Position numbers and translations under genes: made by a program
The notes under the pieces: generated by a model
Seen by the model: only the letters and a program-made list of their open reading frames with translations
Told to the model about the DNA's origin: nothing
The model's database searches: none
Part shown: positions 27,511 through 37,209 of the stretch, piece by piece
Layout of the letters: the number at the start of each line of letters is the position of its first letter
How positions within the stretch are numbered: position 1 is the stretch's first letter
Assembly: GCA_965602015.1 (NCBI GenBank)
Contig: OZ271918.1
Location: forward strand, 3,168,001 to 3,232,000
Direction of reading: 5' to 3'
DNA from: Salinispira sp.
Lineage (GTDB): Bacteria > Spirochaetota > Spirochaetia > DSM-27196 > Salinispiraceae
DNA: 64,000 bases

Positions 27511-28530
27511 ATGAAAAATACTGAAATTCGCCAACTCGATTCACATGACGGAAATTTCATTGAGCAGGTCCTGGCATGGGCCGCCAAATGGAGGGAAACC
27601 GCACCGGAGAGCACCGCTCCTGCGGAGTTGCTGTATATAATTGAAGACTGGGGACTTCGAGAAGGGGATTTGGCGTATGGCGCCTTTGATGAGGAAGACG
27701 GTTCGTTCCTGGGCGGAGTTTTCCTCCGCTTTTGGAAGGCCGATCACCATTCTTACGGCTTCATTGCCGAGGACATCCCCGAGCTCGGCATAGCCCTGTC
27801 TCCCCAGGCGCGTAACCGGGGGATCGGCTCCATGCTGATGACCCGGATACTTGACGAGGTGCTGCAGCTCTGCGCCGAGGGAAACATGCCCCGCGCCGAG
27901 ATCAGCCTGAGCGTGGAAAGCAAAAATCATAAAGCCATCGGTCTTTACACCCGACTTGGTTTCCAGTCCCGGGAACATCGTGAAACAGACATTCTCATGA
28001 GCTGGAAACCCGGTTTCGAAATCCGGCCCATGGAGCAGGCCGACATCGGCGAAGCGCTGATGGTCTGGAAAAAAAGCCCCGGTGTCTGGATTAACGAGGA
28101 GGGAGAGGACAGCCCCCGGGCAATCGCGGATTTCCTCCGCCACAACCCGGGACTCAGCTTCACAGTGCGCATGAGCGCCGTCAATCCCGCAAAATATGAG
28201 CACGCAGAAGGCGGGGAAAACTCCGCACGGAAGAGGACTACCGCCGCTCATGCGCTCCGGCCGGGCTCGCCAATGGCCGGGGCAGTGATATGCGGATGCG
28301 ACGGCAGGCGCGGCTACGTTCACCACCTCGCGGTACTGCCGGCCTTCCGGAATCGGGGAATAGGCAGTGCCCTGCTGGACAGGATCCGCGAAGCTCTGGC
28401 GGCGCAAAAGATCAGGAAAATGCACCTCTTTGTTTTTCAGTCTAACAACAGCGCGATATCGTTCTATCGGAGGCTCAAGTGGCAATACCGGGATGATCTG
28501 GCGATGTTTTCCATGCCAATCGAGGAATGA
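27511..28530 (+). CDS. Tandem GNAT acetyltransferase (two domains)
   Basis: Two AcCoA motifs (ARNRGIGSML, FRNRGIGSAL) and two N..A..Y..LG/LK motifs. Confidence 0.9.
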   Translation: MKNTEIRQLDSHDGNFIEQVLAWAAKWRETAPESTAPAELLYIIEDWGLREGDLAYGAFDEEDGSFLGGVFLRFWKADHHSYGFIAEDIPELGIALSPQARNRGIGSMLMTRILDEVLQLCAEGNMPRAEISLSVESKNHKAIGLYTRLGFQSREHRETDILMSWKPGFEIRPMEQADIGEALMVWKKSPGVWINEEGEDSPRAIADFLRHNPGLSFTVRMSAVNPAKYEHAEGGENSARKRTTAAHALRPGSPMAGAVICGCDGRRGYVHHLAVLPAFRNRGIGSALLDRIREALAAQKIRKMHLFVFQSNNSAISFYRRLKWQYRDDLAMFSMPIEE

Positions 28531-29647
28531 CGATTACCAGGACCAGCAGTATCACCAGAAGTATCATGGTGGGGATAAACGCGAGTTCGATCCGGATATC
28601 CCCCAGGCGCCCCATTATGGGCATGGTCAAGCCCGCGCCGAGGCCCGTAAGGGCATAGGTCATTCCGTTAAACAGCCCCCGCTGATCGGCCTGGAGCCGG
28701 CTGTTGGCATACTTCTGGATTACGGGAAACACCGGTCCGAATGCGGCTCCCGCGGCAACGAAGAGCCAGGGAGATAAGCCGAGACTCCATAACAACACTG
28801 CGATAAAACCCAGGACGGCGCTCAGGGCGGGAAGCCGCAAGGCGCCGAGCCTGGCCGCCAATGCATCGGAGACAAAGCGGGTGACGGTAAACGAAAACCA
28901 GAACAGAATCAGAACATTCCCGGCGAACAGTTCGCTTCTCCCATAACCCAGGACCATCATCAATCCGCTAAGATTACTAGTGCCGATTTCCACCGCTGCA
29001 TACGCTGCAAAGGCCAAGAGTGACAATACCACCAGGGGAGTTCGCAGCACGCCGAGCATGCCTTTGAGACTGAGATCCCGGAACTTCTGGTTCTTCAAAT
29101 TTCCATCGAAAAAGTAGGCGAAGAACATGCCGGTTAGAACCGCCGAGTAGGCGAGAAAAAGCCATTGATATCCGAACCCCAGATTAACCGTTTGATTGAG
29201 AAGGGCCGGGGATGTTAATCCGCCCAGGCCAAAGAGAGCGTGGTACACCCCGAAATTTTGAAGGTCGGAGGGCAGGTGGCTGTACACCGTAGCCATCGAC
29301 GTAAAGGCCCAACCGACGCCGACGCCGAGCAGCACGAAGGTCAGGGCGATGGATCCAAAATCCGATGCGAAAAACAGGGCGAAGTTGGCAAGGGCCATCA
29401 GGGCGTACGAACACAGCAGAAGGGTCTTTTGACCGATCCGCGCAATCAGCACTCCGGCAAAAAGATTGGCAATTGTTGTGGTCAGGGTCAGAACTGTGGG
29501 CAGCACCGCCGTCTGAAGCACGCTGAGACCGAGGGAGCGCTGCAAAAAAGGATACAGGGGCATTGTGGTATTGAGGGCCATGGCGACAAAAAAATGCCCC
29601 AACAGTAGCTTATTTCTGACTCCGACGAATCCTCGCTGCGTGTCCAC
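28475..29647 (-). CDS. MFS transporter
   Basis: About 12 TM helices, motif A-like LIARIGQK and LAARLG. GTG 29647 has SD AGGAG. 3' end overlaps the GNAT gene by 56 bp. Confidence 0.85.
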   Translation of the reverse strand: MDTQRGFVGVRNKLLLGHFFVAMALNTTMPLYPFLQRSLGLSVLQTAVLPTVLTLTTTIANLFAGVLIARIGQKTLLLCSYALMALANFALFFASDFGSIALTFVLLGVGVGWAFTSMATVYSHLPSDLQNFGVYHALFGLGGLTSPALLNQTVNLGFGYQWLFLAYSAVLTGMFFAYFFDGNLKNQKFRDLSLKGMLGVLRTPLVVLSLLAFAAYAAVEIGTSNLSGLMMVLGYGRSELFAGNVLILFWFSFTVTRFVSDALAARLGALRLPALSAVLGFIAVLLWSLGLSPWLFVAAGAAFGPVFPVIQKYANSRLQADQRGLFNGMTYALTGLGAGLTMPIMGRLGDIRIELAFIPTMILLVILLVLVIVIPRLAWKTSPDHPGIAT

Positions 29648-29758
29648 AATTAGGCTCCTGAACTTGCTCAATTCTCCGCCGGCGGCGGATGATCATACTA
29701 TCAGAGCCGACGGCTAACAGCTATAGCGCATGGATGTCCGGATGTATATAGTGAGGAA

Positions 29759-31054
29759 ATGTGGAATAAAAATGTGCTGCTGCTCTGGCAGGGTCAGCTG
29801 GTCTCGGCCGTCGGTGACATGGTATACCAGGTGGCCTTGGGTTTCTGGGTGCTCGCCTTTACCGGCTCGACTGCAGTTATGGGACTGGTAATTGCCGCAG
29901 GTTTTATCCCCCGGGCACTTATTTCCCCGTTTGCCGGAGTTTTGGTGGACCGGGCGAACCGGAAACTCCTTTTGGTGCTTATGGATTTTATTCGCGGCGT
30001 GGCAGTCCTTATCGTCGCCCTGGCAGCCTTTGGAGGCTGGCTGAATGTTCCCATTATTGTCACCGCGGCGGTTATCATCGGGCTGTGCGCGGCATTTTTT
30101 GATCCTTCGGTAACCAGCACCATACCCAGCATCGCGAAGCGGGAACACCTGGTCCAGGTCAACTCACTTTTTGCCATTAATCAGACCGGCGCGGGAATCA
30201 TCGGAAACGCTCTGGGGGGAATACTGTTCGCCGCTCTCGGCGCACCAGTGCTCTTCCTCATAAACGGCGTCTCCTACCTGGTGTCGTCGTTCACCGAATT
30301 ATTCATGAGCATCCCGGCGGTAGTCCAGCAAGAGAAGGATTTCCGGTTCTTCACCGATATGAAGCAGGGCCTGAAATTCATCTTTGCTCATCAGGGAATG
30401 GTAGTACTGATGATTTCGGTATTCAGCCTTAACTTCCTGCTCAGTTTGAGCGGGATTCTGTTTCTTCCCTATTTTGACCAGCGCGCCGACCTGGGGCCCG
30501 AGCCCTTCGGCTTCGCCATGGCTATACTGTCTGCTGCGTCGCTGATGGGCTTTTTGACACTCATCGTTAAAAAAATCCCCCGGGGAAAACAGTTTCCCTT
30601 TTTCGCCGTAAGCACCAGTCTTTTTGTGCTGGCCCGGATGAGTCTGTTCAGTTTTGAAAATCTCTATCTTATCTTTCTGCAATTCGCCCTGTTCGGTTTC
30701 TCTGTGAGCATCATCAACAGTCTGATAGGCGCCGCCGGTCAGCTCATGGTACCCGAGCATCTGAGAGGCAAGGTCTTCGGCTTTTTGGGGGCAATGGGAA
30801 CCGGGCTCATGCCCCTGGGCATGGCCCTGGGCGGCGTACTTGCCGAGTACTTTCCGATTCCCGTCATCCAGTTGAGCACGGGTATATTGGTGGGTTTGGG
30901 ATTCATCCCGACCCTGGTAAACCGGGAATTCCGCAGAATGGTTAATCAGGAATTTAATCTCCCCGAAGACCCCACTGGGGATACGCCGCCGGAAGCGACG
31001 CTCACCGACCACAGCCCGGAAGACCGGGCTGCAGCCGCCCCCGGGGAAAACTGA
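29759..31054 (+). CDS. MFS transporter (DHA3/MefA-like)
   Basis: LWQGQLVSAVGD, SPFAGVLVDRANRK, VPEHLRGKVFG. Confidence 0.9.
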   Translation: MWNKNVLLLWQGQLVSAVGDMVYQVALGFWVLAFTGSTAVMGLVIAAGFIPRALISPFAGVLVDRANRKLLLVLMDFIRGVAVLIVALAAFGGWLNVPIIVTAAVIIGLCAAFFDPSVTSTIPSIAKREHLVQVNSLFAINQTGAGIIGNALGGILFAALGAPVLFLINGVSYLVSSFTELFMSIPAVVQQEKDFRFFTDMKQGLKFIFAHQGMVVLMISVFSLNFLLSLSGILFLPYFDQRADLGPEPFGFAMAILSAASLMGFLTLIVKKIPRGKQFPFFAVSTSLFVLARMSLFSFENLYLIFLQFALFGFSVSIINSLIGAAGQLMVPEHLRGKVFGFLGAMGTGLMPLGMALGGVLAEYFPIPVIQLSTGILVGLGFIPTLVNREFRRMVNQEFNLPEDPTGDTPPEATLTDHSPEDRAAAAPGEN

Positions 31055-31068
31055 CTCTGCGCCCGGGT

Positions 31069-31383
31069 CTATATCCCGTAGCGCTCCATATCGATTTTTA
31101 CGCTCATCCCGCCGCGGGAAACCGTCAGTTCAACTCCTTCTTCCGCCAGCAGCGATGCTTGTTCCTCCATCCCCGCTCCGGCCTTGAGGCGGATGGTTCC
31201 GTCGCCGCCGAGTATCCGGTGCCAGGGCAAATCCATTTGGCTGCTGTAGATGTGTAAAGTGCGAACCACCTGGCGGGCGGCTTTGGGGTTGCCCGCCAGG
31301 GCGGCAATTCTCCCGTACGAGGCAACCCTGCCGCGCGGGACCCGCCGGATTGCGGAAATTATTTTTTCGGTCAACTCTGTCAT
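31069..31383 (-). CDS. Alkyltransferase-like (ATL/YbaZ) DNA damage-binding protein
   Basis: VPRGRVASYGRIA...ARQV and PWHRI, with Trp in place of the catalytic Cys. Confidence 0.92.
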   Translation of the reverse strand: MTELTEKIISAIRRVPRGRVASYGRIAALAGNPKAARQVVRTLHIYSSQMDLPWHRILGGDGTIRLKAGAGMEEQASLLAEEGVELTVSRGGMSVKIDMERYGI

Positions 31384-31476
31384 ATCAGCTCCTCACAGGG
31401 TAAAGGCGCAGCGGGAATACCCGCAGAATGGACCCGCGGGAAAACCAGCGGAAAAAACCCGCACCGCACCTTCGCC

Positions 31477-32265
31477 CTACATTCGCGCACCAATGCGGTT
31501 GCCCGACTCGTAGCGCCTGAGCCCGAGATAGAATAACGCTATGGCCGCGGCGAGGAACAGCCCGTCCACAACCAGCAGAAGGAGCATTCGCTGCCAGAAA
31601 ACTCCCCCGGCAAATACCCCGGCGGCCAGCTCCGCGGGTACCCAGGCCGTCCAGGCGACGGGAATCATCGAGTGCAAAATCCACCGGACCGGCCCTTTGA
31701 ACACCGAGCCGGGGTAAATGGAAAAACTGATAAACGCCTCGGTAGCCAGGTGGGCGGTGCCCTCGGCGTTCCCCATAAAAAAGGTCAGCGAGTGAAACAG
31801 CACGAATACCGCCGTGGTCATCAACGCTCCGAGAATAATGAACACCAGAAAAAGCAGCCACTGGGTGGGTCCCGCACCCTGGGTAAAGGCGAAAAGCAGA
31901 ACGCCGTACATCAAATCTCCCAACCCGGATACCTGCATCCTGCTTCCGAGGATGTTCGGCAGGAGTTGGGCGGGCTGGAGCAGATATACATCGACATCCC
32001 CGTTTACGATGAGCTGGCTCAGCCGCGAGGCATTCCCGAAAAACAGCACCGACAGCCCGTAACCCGATGAAACCACCGCCCAGAGGTACATGACCTGATC
32101 AAAGCCGTAGCCGTTGAGTTCTCCTCCGATACGGTTGAGCAGTAACAGCCAAAAAAGGATAAAACTCGCGTTATTGAGCACCATGCCGAAAACCGAAATC
32201 AGAAAAGCCCCGCGGTACTCCATGGCGGCTTTGAGGTTCGTGCGAAGATAGTTCAAAACAAGCAT
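31477..32265 (-). CDS. ABC-2 family exporter permease (DUF990-like)
   Basis: MEYRGAF, GDVDVYLLQP, YPGSVF, GLRRYESG; six TM helices. Confidence 0.9.
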   Translation of the reverse strand: MLVLNYLRTNLKAAMEYRGAFLISVFGMVLNNASFILFWLLLLNRIGGELNGYGFDQVMYLWAVVSSGYGLSVLFFGNASRLSQLIVNGDVDVYLLQPAQLLPNILGSRMQVSGLGDLMYGVLLFAFTQGAGPTQWLLFLVFIILGALMTTAVFVLFHSLTFFMGNAEGTAHLATEAFISFSIYPGSVFKGPVRWILHSMIPVAWTAWVPAELAAGVFAGGVFWQRMLLLLVVDGLFLAAAIALFYLGLRRYESGNRIGARM

Positions 32266-32266
32266 A

Positions 32267-33082
32267 TCATCCTCCGTTTGCTTCGAGCCGCTTCATGCCC
32301 GCGCTAAACAGCGCCCGGGCCAACAGGGCGAAAAGGGCAAAATACAGAATCTGCCCCCCCAAAGCCCGAAACCACAGCGCTCCGTCGAAAGCCACCGTGA
32401 GGCGCGCCGGCCAGTAGGTGATAAACGCAAACGGTAAATTTCGACTTATGCCCGCCAGCCATTCGGGAAACAGGTCTATGGGAAAAAACAGACCGCCGAG
32501 GATAAACACCATCTTTTGTATGAGCAGATAAATCGGCAGCGATTCCTCCATCCAGAAAGAAAAAAGGCCGATTATGATCTGCAGCATGAGATGTATCAGC
32601 AAACCGCCGAGCATAAGGACGATCCCCGGACCGATAGAGGCGGCGTATCCGGGAAGGGGACCGACCAGGAGGGCCGAGGCAACGGCGCCGATAACCAGCA
32701 TGGGAACCATTGCCACCAGACTCTCCCCAAGCCCCCTCACCAAGTAAAACCACAGGTAATCATATGGGCGGACCAAGTTGTATGCGATAGTTCCTTCTTT
32801 TACTTCTTCCTGAATCGGGGTCATTAAACGGCTCTTCGACATCTCCACCACTTCGGTAAAACTGAGGTACCACAGGATCTGCACCATGGTGAAACCCGCC
32901 ACCAGTTCCCGGCCCGCATATACCACCCGCCAAATAGAGGTGAAAATGAACAGCACCAGGATAAAAAACAGATTCCTCACCATAATTGCCGTGAGATATT
33001 TTATTTGGGAACGAACCGCGGTGGTAAACACCCGGGGGTACAGAGCCATGGCCCCGGAAATCCCCTGTCTTAGGTCTCGCAT
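32267..33082 (-). CDS. ABC-2 family exporter permease (DUF990-like)
   Basis: GTIAYNLVRPYD, LGGLFFPIDLFPEWL, LPF, C-terminal NGG. Confidence 0.9.
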   Translation of the reverse strand: MRDLRQGISGAMALYPRVFTTAVRSQIKYLTAIMVRNLFFILVLFIFTSIWRVVYAGRELVAGFTMVQILWYLSFTEVVEMSKSRLMTPIQEEVKEGTIAYNLVRPYDYLWFYLVRGLGESLVAMVPMLVIGAVASALLVGPLPGYAASIGPGIVLMLGGLLIHLMLQIIIGLFSFWMEESLPIYLLIQKMVFILGGLFFPIDLFPEWLAGISRNLPFAFITYWPARLTVAFDGALWFRALGGQILYFALFALLARALFSAGMKRLEANGG

Positions 33083-34041
33083 AACTCCCCCTCGTATATT
33101 CGGGCAATCAGCTCCTCCATGGGAACCGATGATACGCCGAGATCGTGCACCTCGGTGCGCTCCATGAGGTACTTGAGCACATCCTGAACCGGAGTAACAG
33201 TAATCTGTACTTCGAGCTTAAGAGCCGCTTCCTTGCGCTTGAGAACCTGTACTCCAGGCAGGTCGATGTCCACCGGTGACTCGAGTTTCAGGCTGAGCAC
33301 CCGCTTGTCGAGAAGCCGGTATTTCAGATCGGTGGTTCTGCCGTCCCACACCAGCGCTCCCTCGTTGATTATCACCACCCGCCGACAGACATTTTCGATA
33401 TCTCCGACGTCATGGCTTGTGAGAAACACTGTGACCCCTTCCTCGCGGTTGATCTGCTTTATCAGTCGGCGCAGCTTCTGCTTCGCCACCAGGTCCAGAC
33501 CGATGCTCGGCTCATCGAGAAAGATGATTTCCGGACGGTGAATCAAGCTTCCGGCAATCTCACAGCGTATTCGCTGACCCAGGCTCAGTTTTCTAACCGG
33601 CTGATTGAGGTAATCGCCGATCTCCAGCACCTCGCTGAGAGAGTCGATGCGTTCCCGGGTTTGCGCCGCAGAAAGTCCGTAAATTGAACCCAGGAGGCGC
33701 AGGCTATCGATCGGGGGAAGGTGGTACCAGAGCTGGCTCTTCTGACCGAACACCGACCCGATCCTGTATGCCAGTTCCCGCCGCTGCCGGTGGGGATCAA
33801 GCCCCAGGACCGAAATTTCTCCCGAGTCGGGATACAGGATTCCCGTTATCAGCTTGATGGTGGTGGATTTTCCCGCGCCGTTCGGGCCTATGAAGGCAAG
33901 CAGTTCCCCTTTTTCGATTTCAAGATCGATGCCCTTGACAGCATCCACCCTGCGCTGGTCAGGGCGGAAGAACCCGCGAATGCCCGGTGTGGCAATCCTG
34001 TGTGAAAAACCCTTGCTAAGACCCCGTACTGACACTGCCAT
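33070..34041 (-). CDS. ABC exporter ATP-binding protein (DrrA/NatA-like)
   Basis: GPNGAGKST, VFGQKSQLW, LSLGQR, LDEPSIGLD, TSHD. ATG 34041 has SD AAGGAG. Confidence 0.95.
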   Translation of the reverse strand: MAVSVRGLSKGFSHRIATPGIRGFFRPDQRRVDAVKGIDLEIEKGELLAFIGPNGAGKSTTIKLITGILYPDSGEISVLGLDPHRQRRELAYRIGSVFGQKSQLWYHLPPIDSLRLLGSIYGLSAAQTRERIDSLSEVLEIGDYLNQPVRKLSLGQRIRCEIAGSLIHRPEIIFLDEPSIGLDLVAKQKLRRLIKQINREEGVTVFLTSHDVGDIENVCRRVVIINEGALVWDGRTTDLKYRLLDKRVLSLKLESPVDIDLPGVQVLKRKEAALKLEVQITVTPVQDVLKYLMERTEVHDLGVSSVPMEELIARIYEGELCET

Positions 34042-34089
34042 GTTGTCTCCTTCTGCTGATGGCTGCCCCGAAATCCATAACGCGGGTAT

Positions 34090-34124
34090 AAAAAAAGCCC
34101 GCGGAATGTAATCCGCGGGCTTTT
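34090..34124 (-). terminator. Intrinsic terminator in 5' leader of ABC operon (attenuator)
   Basis: GCCCGCGGA-ttacat-TCCGCGGGC plus T7 on the minus strand, about 50 nt upstream of the ATPase start. No convergent gene explains it. Confidence 0.85.
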
Positions 34125-34146
34125 GGTCTGCTGACTTCACAGCCGA

Positions 34147-34257
34147 CTACGCACAACCCACGGTACTCCTCTTTGCGACAATGACGCACGTCGCCTGATA
34201 GGCGTCTACGTCGATGAGGTGGTTGATCTGCTGTAGCGGCATGCTAAAATACATCAT
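34147..34257 (-). CDS. Putative leader peptide (36 aa) MMYFSMPLQQINHLIDVDAYQATCVIVAKRSTVGCA
   Basis: ATG 34257 to TAG 34147, ending 22 nt before the terminator. Its last codons contain an antiterminator arm. Confidence 0.6.
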   Translation of the reverse strand: MMYFSMPLQQINHLIDVDAYQATCVIVAKRSTVGCA

Positions 34258-34389
34258 AGTTTTTCCAATTCTTGTGAATAATCGACATCAATGCAAGGGA
34301 AAACCAGCGAAAAAACGCATATTTTAACGATTTTCAGAGAAATTGACCCGGGATTTGTGCACAACAAAGCCGACCATAGGAGATACAGC

Positions 34390-35139
34390 ATGAACATAGT
34401 ACTCACAGGTTCAAGAGGAACTCTGGCGCAGGCCCTCATTCCCCTTGCGAAAAAGCGCGGCTGGAACATCACCGCCTGGGACAGAAACGCCGTGAATCCC
34501 GAAGACAACGACGCCGGGAACGCCTGGCTCGAGTCCCAAAATCCCGACGCCATTTGCCACCTTGCAATGGGGTCCGAATACTGGGCTGGCCGCCTTGCAG
34601 GATTTGCGGCCTCCCGACGCATACCCTTCCTGTTCACCAGCTCTGTAATGGTATTTGACAACCGGAAAAGCGGACCATACCTTCCAACCCACAAACCCGA
34701 AACCGATGACGAGTACGGCCAATACAAAATACGCTGCGAGGATCAAATAATGGCGAACAACGACAACGCGGCTATTCTGAGATTGGGCTGGCAATTCGAC
34801 CACCGCCGGGGCGGGAACAATATGTACGCCCAGCTGCAAACCATGATGACCGAGGGAAACCACATAGATGCGTCCCGTTTGTGGATTCCCGCATGCAGTC
34901 ATATGGAGCACAGTTCGGAGATAATTCTCAATCTCATCAAGGAGGGGAGCCGGGGAATTTGGCATGCCGATGCCAATGCCAGATCCGGCCTGAGCTACCC
35001 CCACCTGCTTGAAACCCTGAACAGCCGCTACGGGATGGGGCTTCGATTTCAGGAAAATGAGGATTACTCTCACGATCAGCGCATGGACGATCCGCGCCTG
35101 GAGCTGCCGCCGCCGGCGACTTGGCCGCTAGGCTCCTAA
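34390..35139 (+). CDS. RmlD-like extended SDR (NAD(P)-dependent sugar-nucleotide reductase fold)
   Basis: VLTGSRGTLA, TSSVMVFD, YGQYK (YxxxK), ILRLGW. SD AGGAG before ATG 34390. Confidence 0.8.
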   Translation: MNIVLTGSRGTLAQALIPLAKKRGWNITAWDRNAVNPEDNDAGNAWLESQNPDAICHLAMGSEYWAGRLAGFAASRRIPFLFTSSVMVFDNRKSGPYLPTHKPETDDEYGQYKIRCEDQIMANNDNAAILRLGWQFDHRRGGNNMYAQLQTMMTEGNHIDASRLWIPACSHMEHSSEIILNLIKEGSRGIWHADANARSGLSYPHLLETLNSRYGMGLRFQENEDYSHDQRMDDPRLELPPPATWPLGS

Positions 35140-36335
35140 TTTCCGGCGTCGGGGGTAATCACCCTTGATTCATCGGGGGCAGTGCTTTCATCTTCCCGCG
35201 GATAGCCGAGCTGGTCCACGATGTGACCCCAGTACTGGTTGACCGCCGAGACGATTTTCCGGCCGAGGATATGGCTGTTCGGCCGGTATGCGGCCTGGCG
35301 GTCGGCGTATTCCCGCATGGGCGCCCTGGCATCCTCGAAGCCCTGAAGTCCCAGATCGCGGTATATCGTTTCCATATGTTCCATCGGTGTTTTGAGAAAG
35401 TCCTCGTACTTCACCTCAACCAGATTCCCCTCGGGGATGAGAGATTTCTGTTCATTGAAGCAGGCGTACATCTCGGCGTAATTCTCCAGAATGCAGGTGT
35501 TGATTTCTTGGAGATCCCAGTCCTGCACCGTATAAATCGATATAACATCGTCGTGGTATCGGACATTCGAGGAATAAATCTTGTAAGGGTTGCGATATAT
35601 GTGAACGAATTTCGCGTTCGGGTACATTCCAAGAAGGTGTTTTATCCTGAAGGTTGCAGTGGGATTTTTATAGACGATCTGTCTGCCTTCAAAGGCTGCA
35701 GTAAGTTTTTTGGTGAACCAGGCGAACCGCTTTTTCCAGCGGACCAGGTCTTTCGGCAAGCCTCGAAAGCTGTTATAGCGGGAATAAAGCCTGAAATTCC
35801 GCGGCCAGACAAAGCCGTTGTAGATGCTGTACTTCTCGTAGGCCCCGATAGAGTATTCCTCTTCGGTGGGCTCCTCGGGAGTCATAACCACATTGTCCAT
35901 CGGGCGGGCTTCGGGAATGCTCATTTTTACAATCCACCGGGCGAGCCGCGGAAATCCGAGGAATATAGTCGGAAGATAGCCCTCTACATTGGAAACGTAG
36001 CCCCGATTGGGATCCTTGGAAAAAAGCGTGATGAGGTAAGTTGCTCCCGAGCGGTAATACCCGATGACAAACACCGGATCTTCCCTGATTTCCGTACGGG
36101 CAATCCGCCGGACCGTAAACATCCATTCGAGGATGCGCAACGGCAAAAGCAACAGGCTTACGCCCAGGCCGTACAGGAAACGCCATACATAGCGCCGGTC
36201 CACCGCAAAGCGGTTTTGCCAAAGGAGGCGCAGGATATTGGCAAGGGTGTAGCCCGCCATAATCTCTTCCTCGACATTTACCCTGTCGAGCCGGCCGCTG
36301 TCGCTGCCCATGCTGTCTTCGGGAGTTTTACTCAC
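35136..36335 (-). CDS. Sulfotransferase (mycobacterial Stf-like/Sulfotransfer_3)
   Basis: PVFVIGYYRSGATYL (5'-PSB loop), KNP, AKFVHIYRNP, YEDF. Confidence 0.88.
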   Translation of the reverse strand: MSKTPEDSMGSDSGRLDRVNVEEEIMAGYTLANILRLLWQNRFAVDRRYVWRFLYGLGVSLLLLPLRILEWMFTVRRIARTEIREDPVFVIGYYRSGATYLITLFSKDPNRGYVSNVEGYLPTIFLGFPRLARWIVKMSIPEARPMDNVVMTPEEPTEEEYSIGAYEKYSIYNGFVWPRNFRLYSRYNSFRGLPKDLVRWKKRFAWFTKKLTAAFEGRQIVYKNPTATFRIKHLLGMYPNAKFVHIYRNPYKIYSSNVRYHDDVISIYTVQDWDLQEINTCILENYAEMYACFNEQKSLIPEGNLVEVKYEDFLKTPMEHMETIYRDLGLQGFEDARAPMREYADRQAAYRPNSHILGRKIVSAVNQYWGHIVDQLGYPREDESTAPDESRVITPDAGN

Positions 36336-36337
36336 AG

Positions 36338-37162
36338 CTACTGCTCCTTTAAGCCGTAGAGCCCGGCAGCCTTTTTTTTGAGGCTGTCGATAAATCTTGT
36401 GGCTTCCGCTCCGTCAATCAGATCGTGATCCACCGTTAACGTGGCCGAAAGGATGTCCCTGGGAACGATTTCGTTCCCCACCACCGCAGGCTGCCGTGCC
36501 ACCCCTCCGACGACGAAATTCACTGCATGGGGGGTAAACGGAACGGCCCATCCGTTGCCCCGGGCAAACATGCCCACAGCGGTGAAGCTGACAGTTCCGA
36601 ACATTTTTCTCTTGAGTATGGGGTTTCGCAACAGGATGATACGCAGTACCGCTACCCGGATGAAGCGGGGAAGCCGGGCGGCAATGTTTTTCACATCTAA
36701 TGGCTTTTTGCCGCTGAAAAGTTGTGGATCGACACCGTGGGCCGCATCGTCAACTTCATCCATCAATTGGGAGAGGCTGAGATTCTGGGCCCCGCGGATA
36801 ATCCTGGTAGTCGCCGACGGCCTGCCGTCCAGCATCCGCTCGACGATTACCGCGCAATCCACTTCTTCGAAGTCAACGTAACGCCGCCGGCCGTACAAGG
36901 CCCGCTGCATCACCGGAGTTTCCCCCAGGGCCCGAACGTATAAAAACAGAAAATAAACAGACAACGACAGAGAACGGCCGTGGCGACGGCGCCAGGAGCG
37001 CACCGCAGAACGAATTTCGGTCACGTCAAAATCGAATAGGGCGCTGATATTGTGTTTCTTCGCCGCCTGACCCATGTAGTCGATGATTCCAAGCCGCGAA
37101 GCCGGGAGCCTGCCGACGCTATATCCGTTTTTCTTCATATTGCCGATCCCGGGGAGAAGCAT
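36338..37162 (-). CDS. Stand-alone 2-oxoacid dehydrogenase E2 catalytic-domain (CAT-fold) acyltransferase
   Basis: GTVSFTAVG and LTVDHDLIDGAEATRF (DHxxxDG). No lipoyl or PSBD domain. Alternative start 37138. Confidence 0.85.
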   Translation of the reverse strand: MLLPGIGNMKKNGYSVGRLPASRLGIIDYMGQAAKKHNISALFDFDVTEIRSAVRSWRRRHGRSLSLSVYFLFLYVRALGETPVMQRALYGRRRYVDFEEVDCAVIVERMLDGRPSATTRIIRGAQNLSLSQLMDEVDDAAHGVDPQLFSGKKPLDVKNIAARLPRFIRVAVLRIILLRNPILKRKMFGTVSFTAVGMFARGNGWAVPFTPHAVNFVVGGVARQPAVVGNEIVPRDILSATLTVDHDLIDGAEATRFIDSLKKKAAGLYGLKEQ

Positions 37163-37209
37163 ACTCCCCTTTCACCCCGGGCGCAATAACATGTGAATAG
37201 CCTTGCCCG

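Noticed and set aside
31069..31383. MGMT lacking catalytic Cys as a pseudogene
   Set aside because: PWHR is the normal signature of the functional alkyltransferase-like family.
35223..36359. Other long antisense ORFs (also 16284-17270, 27541-28485, 46560-47435, 53950-54789)
   Set aside because: All overlap well-supported genes on the opposite strand and lack recognisable domains.
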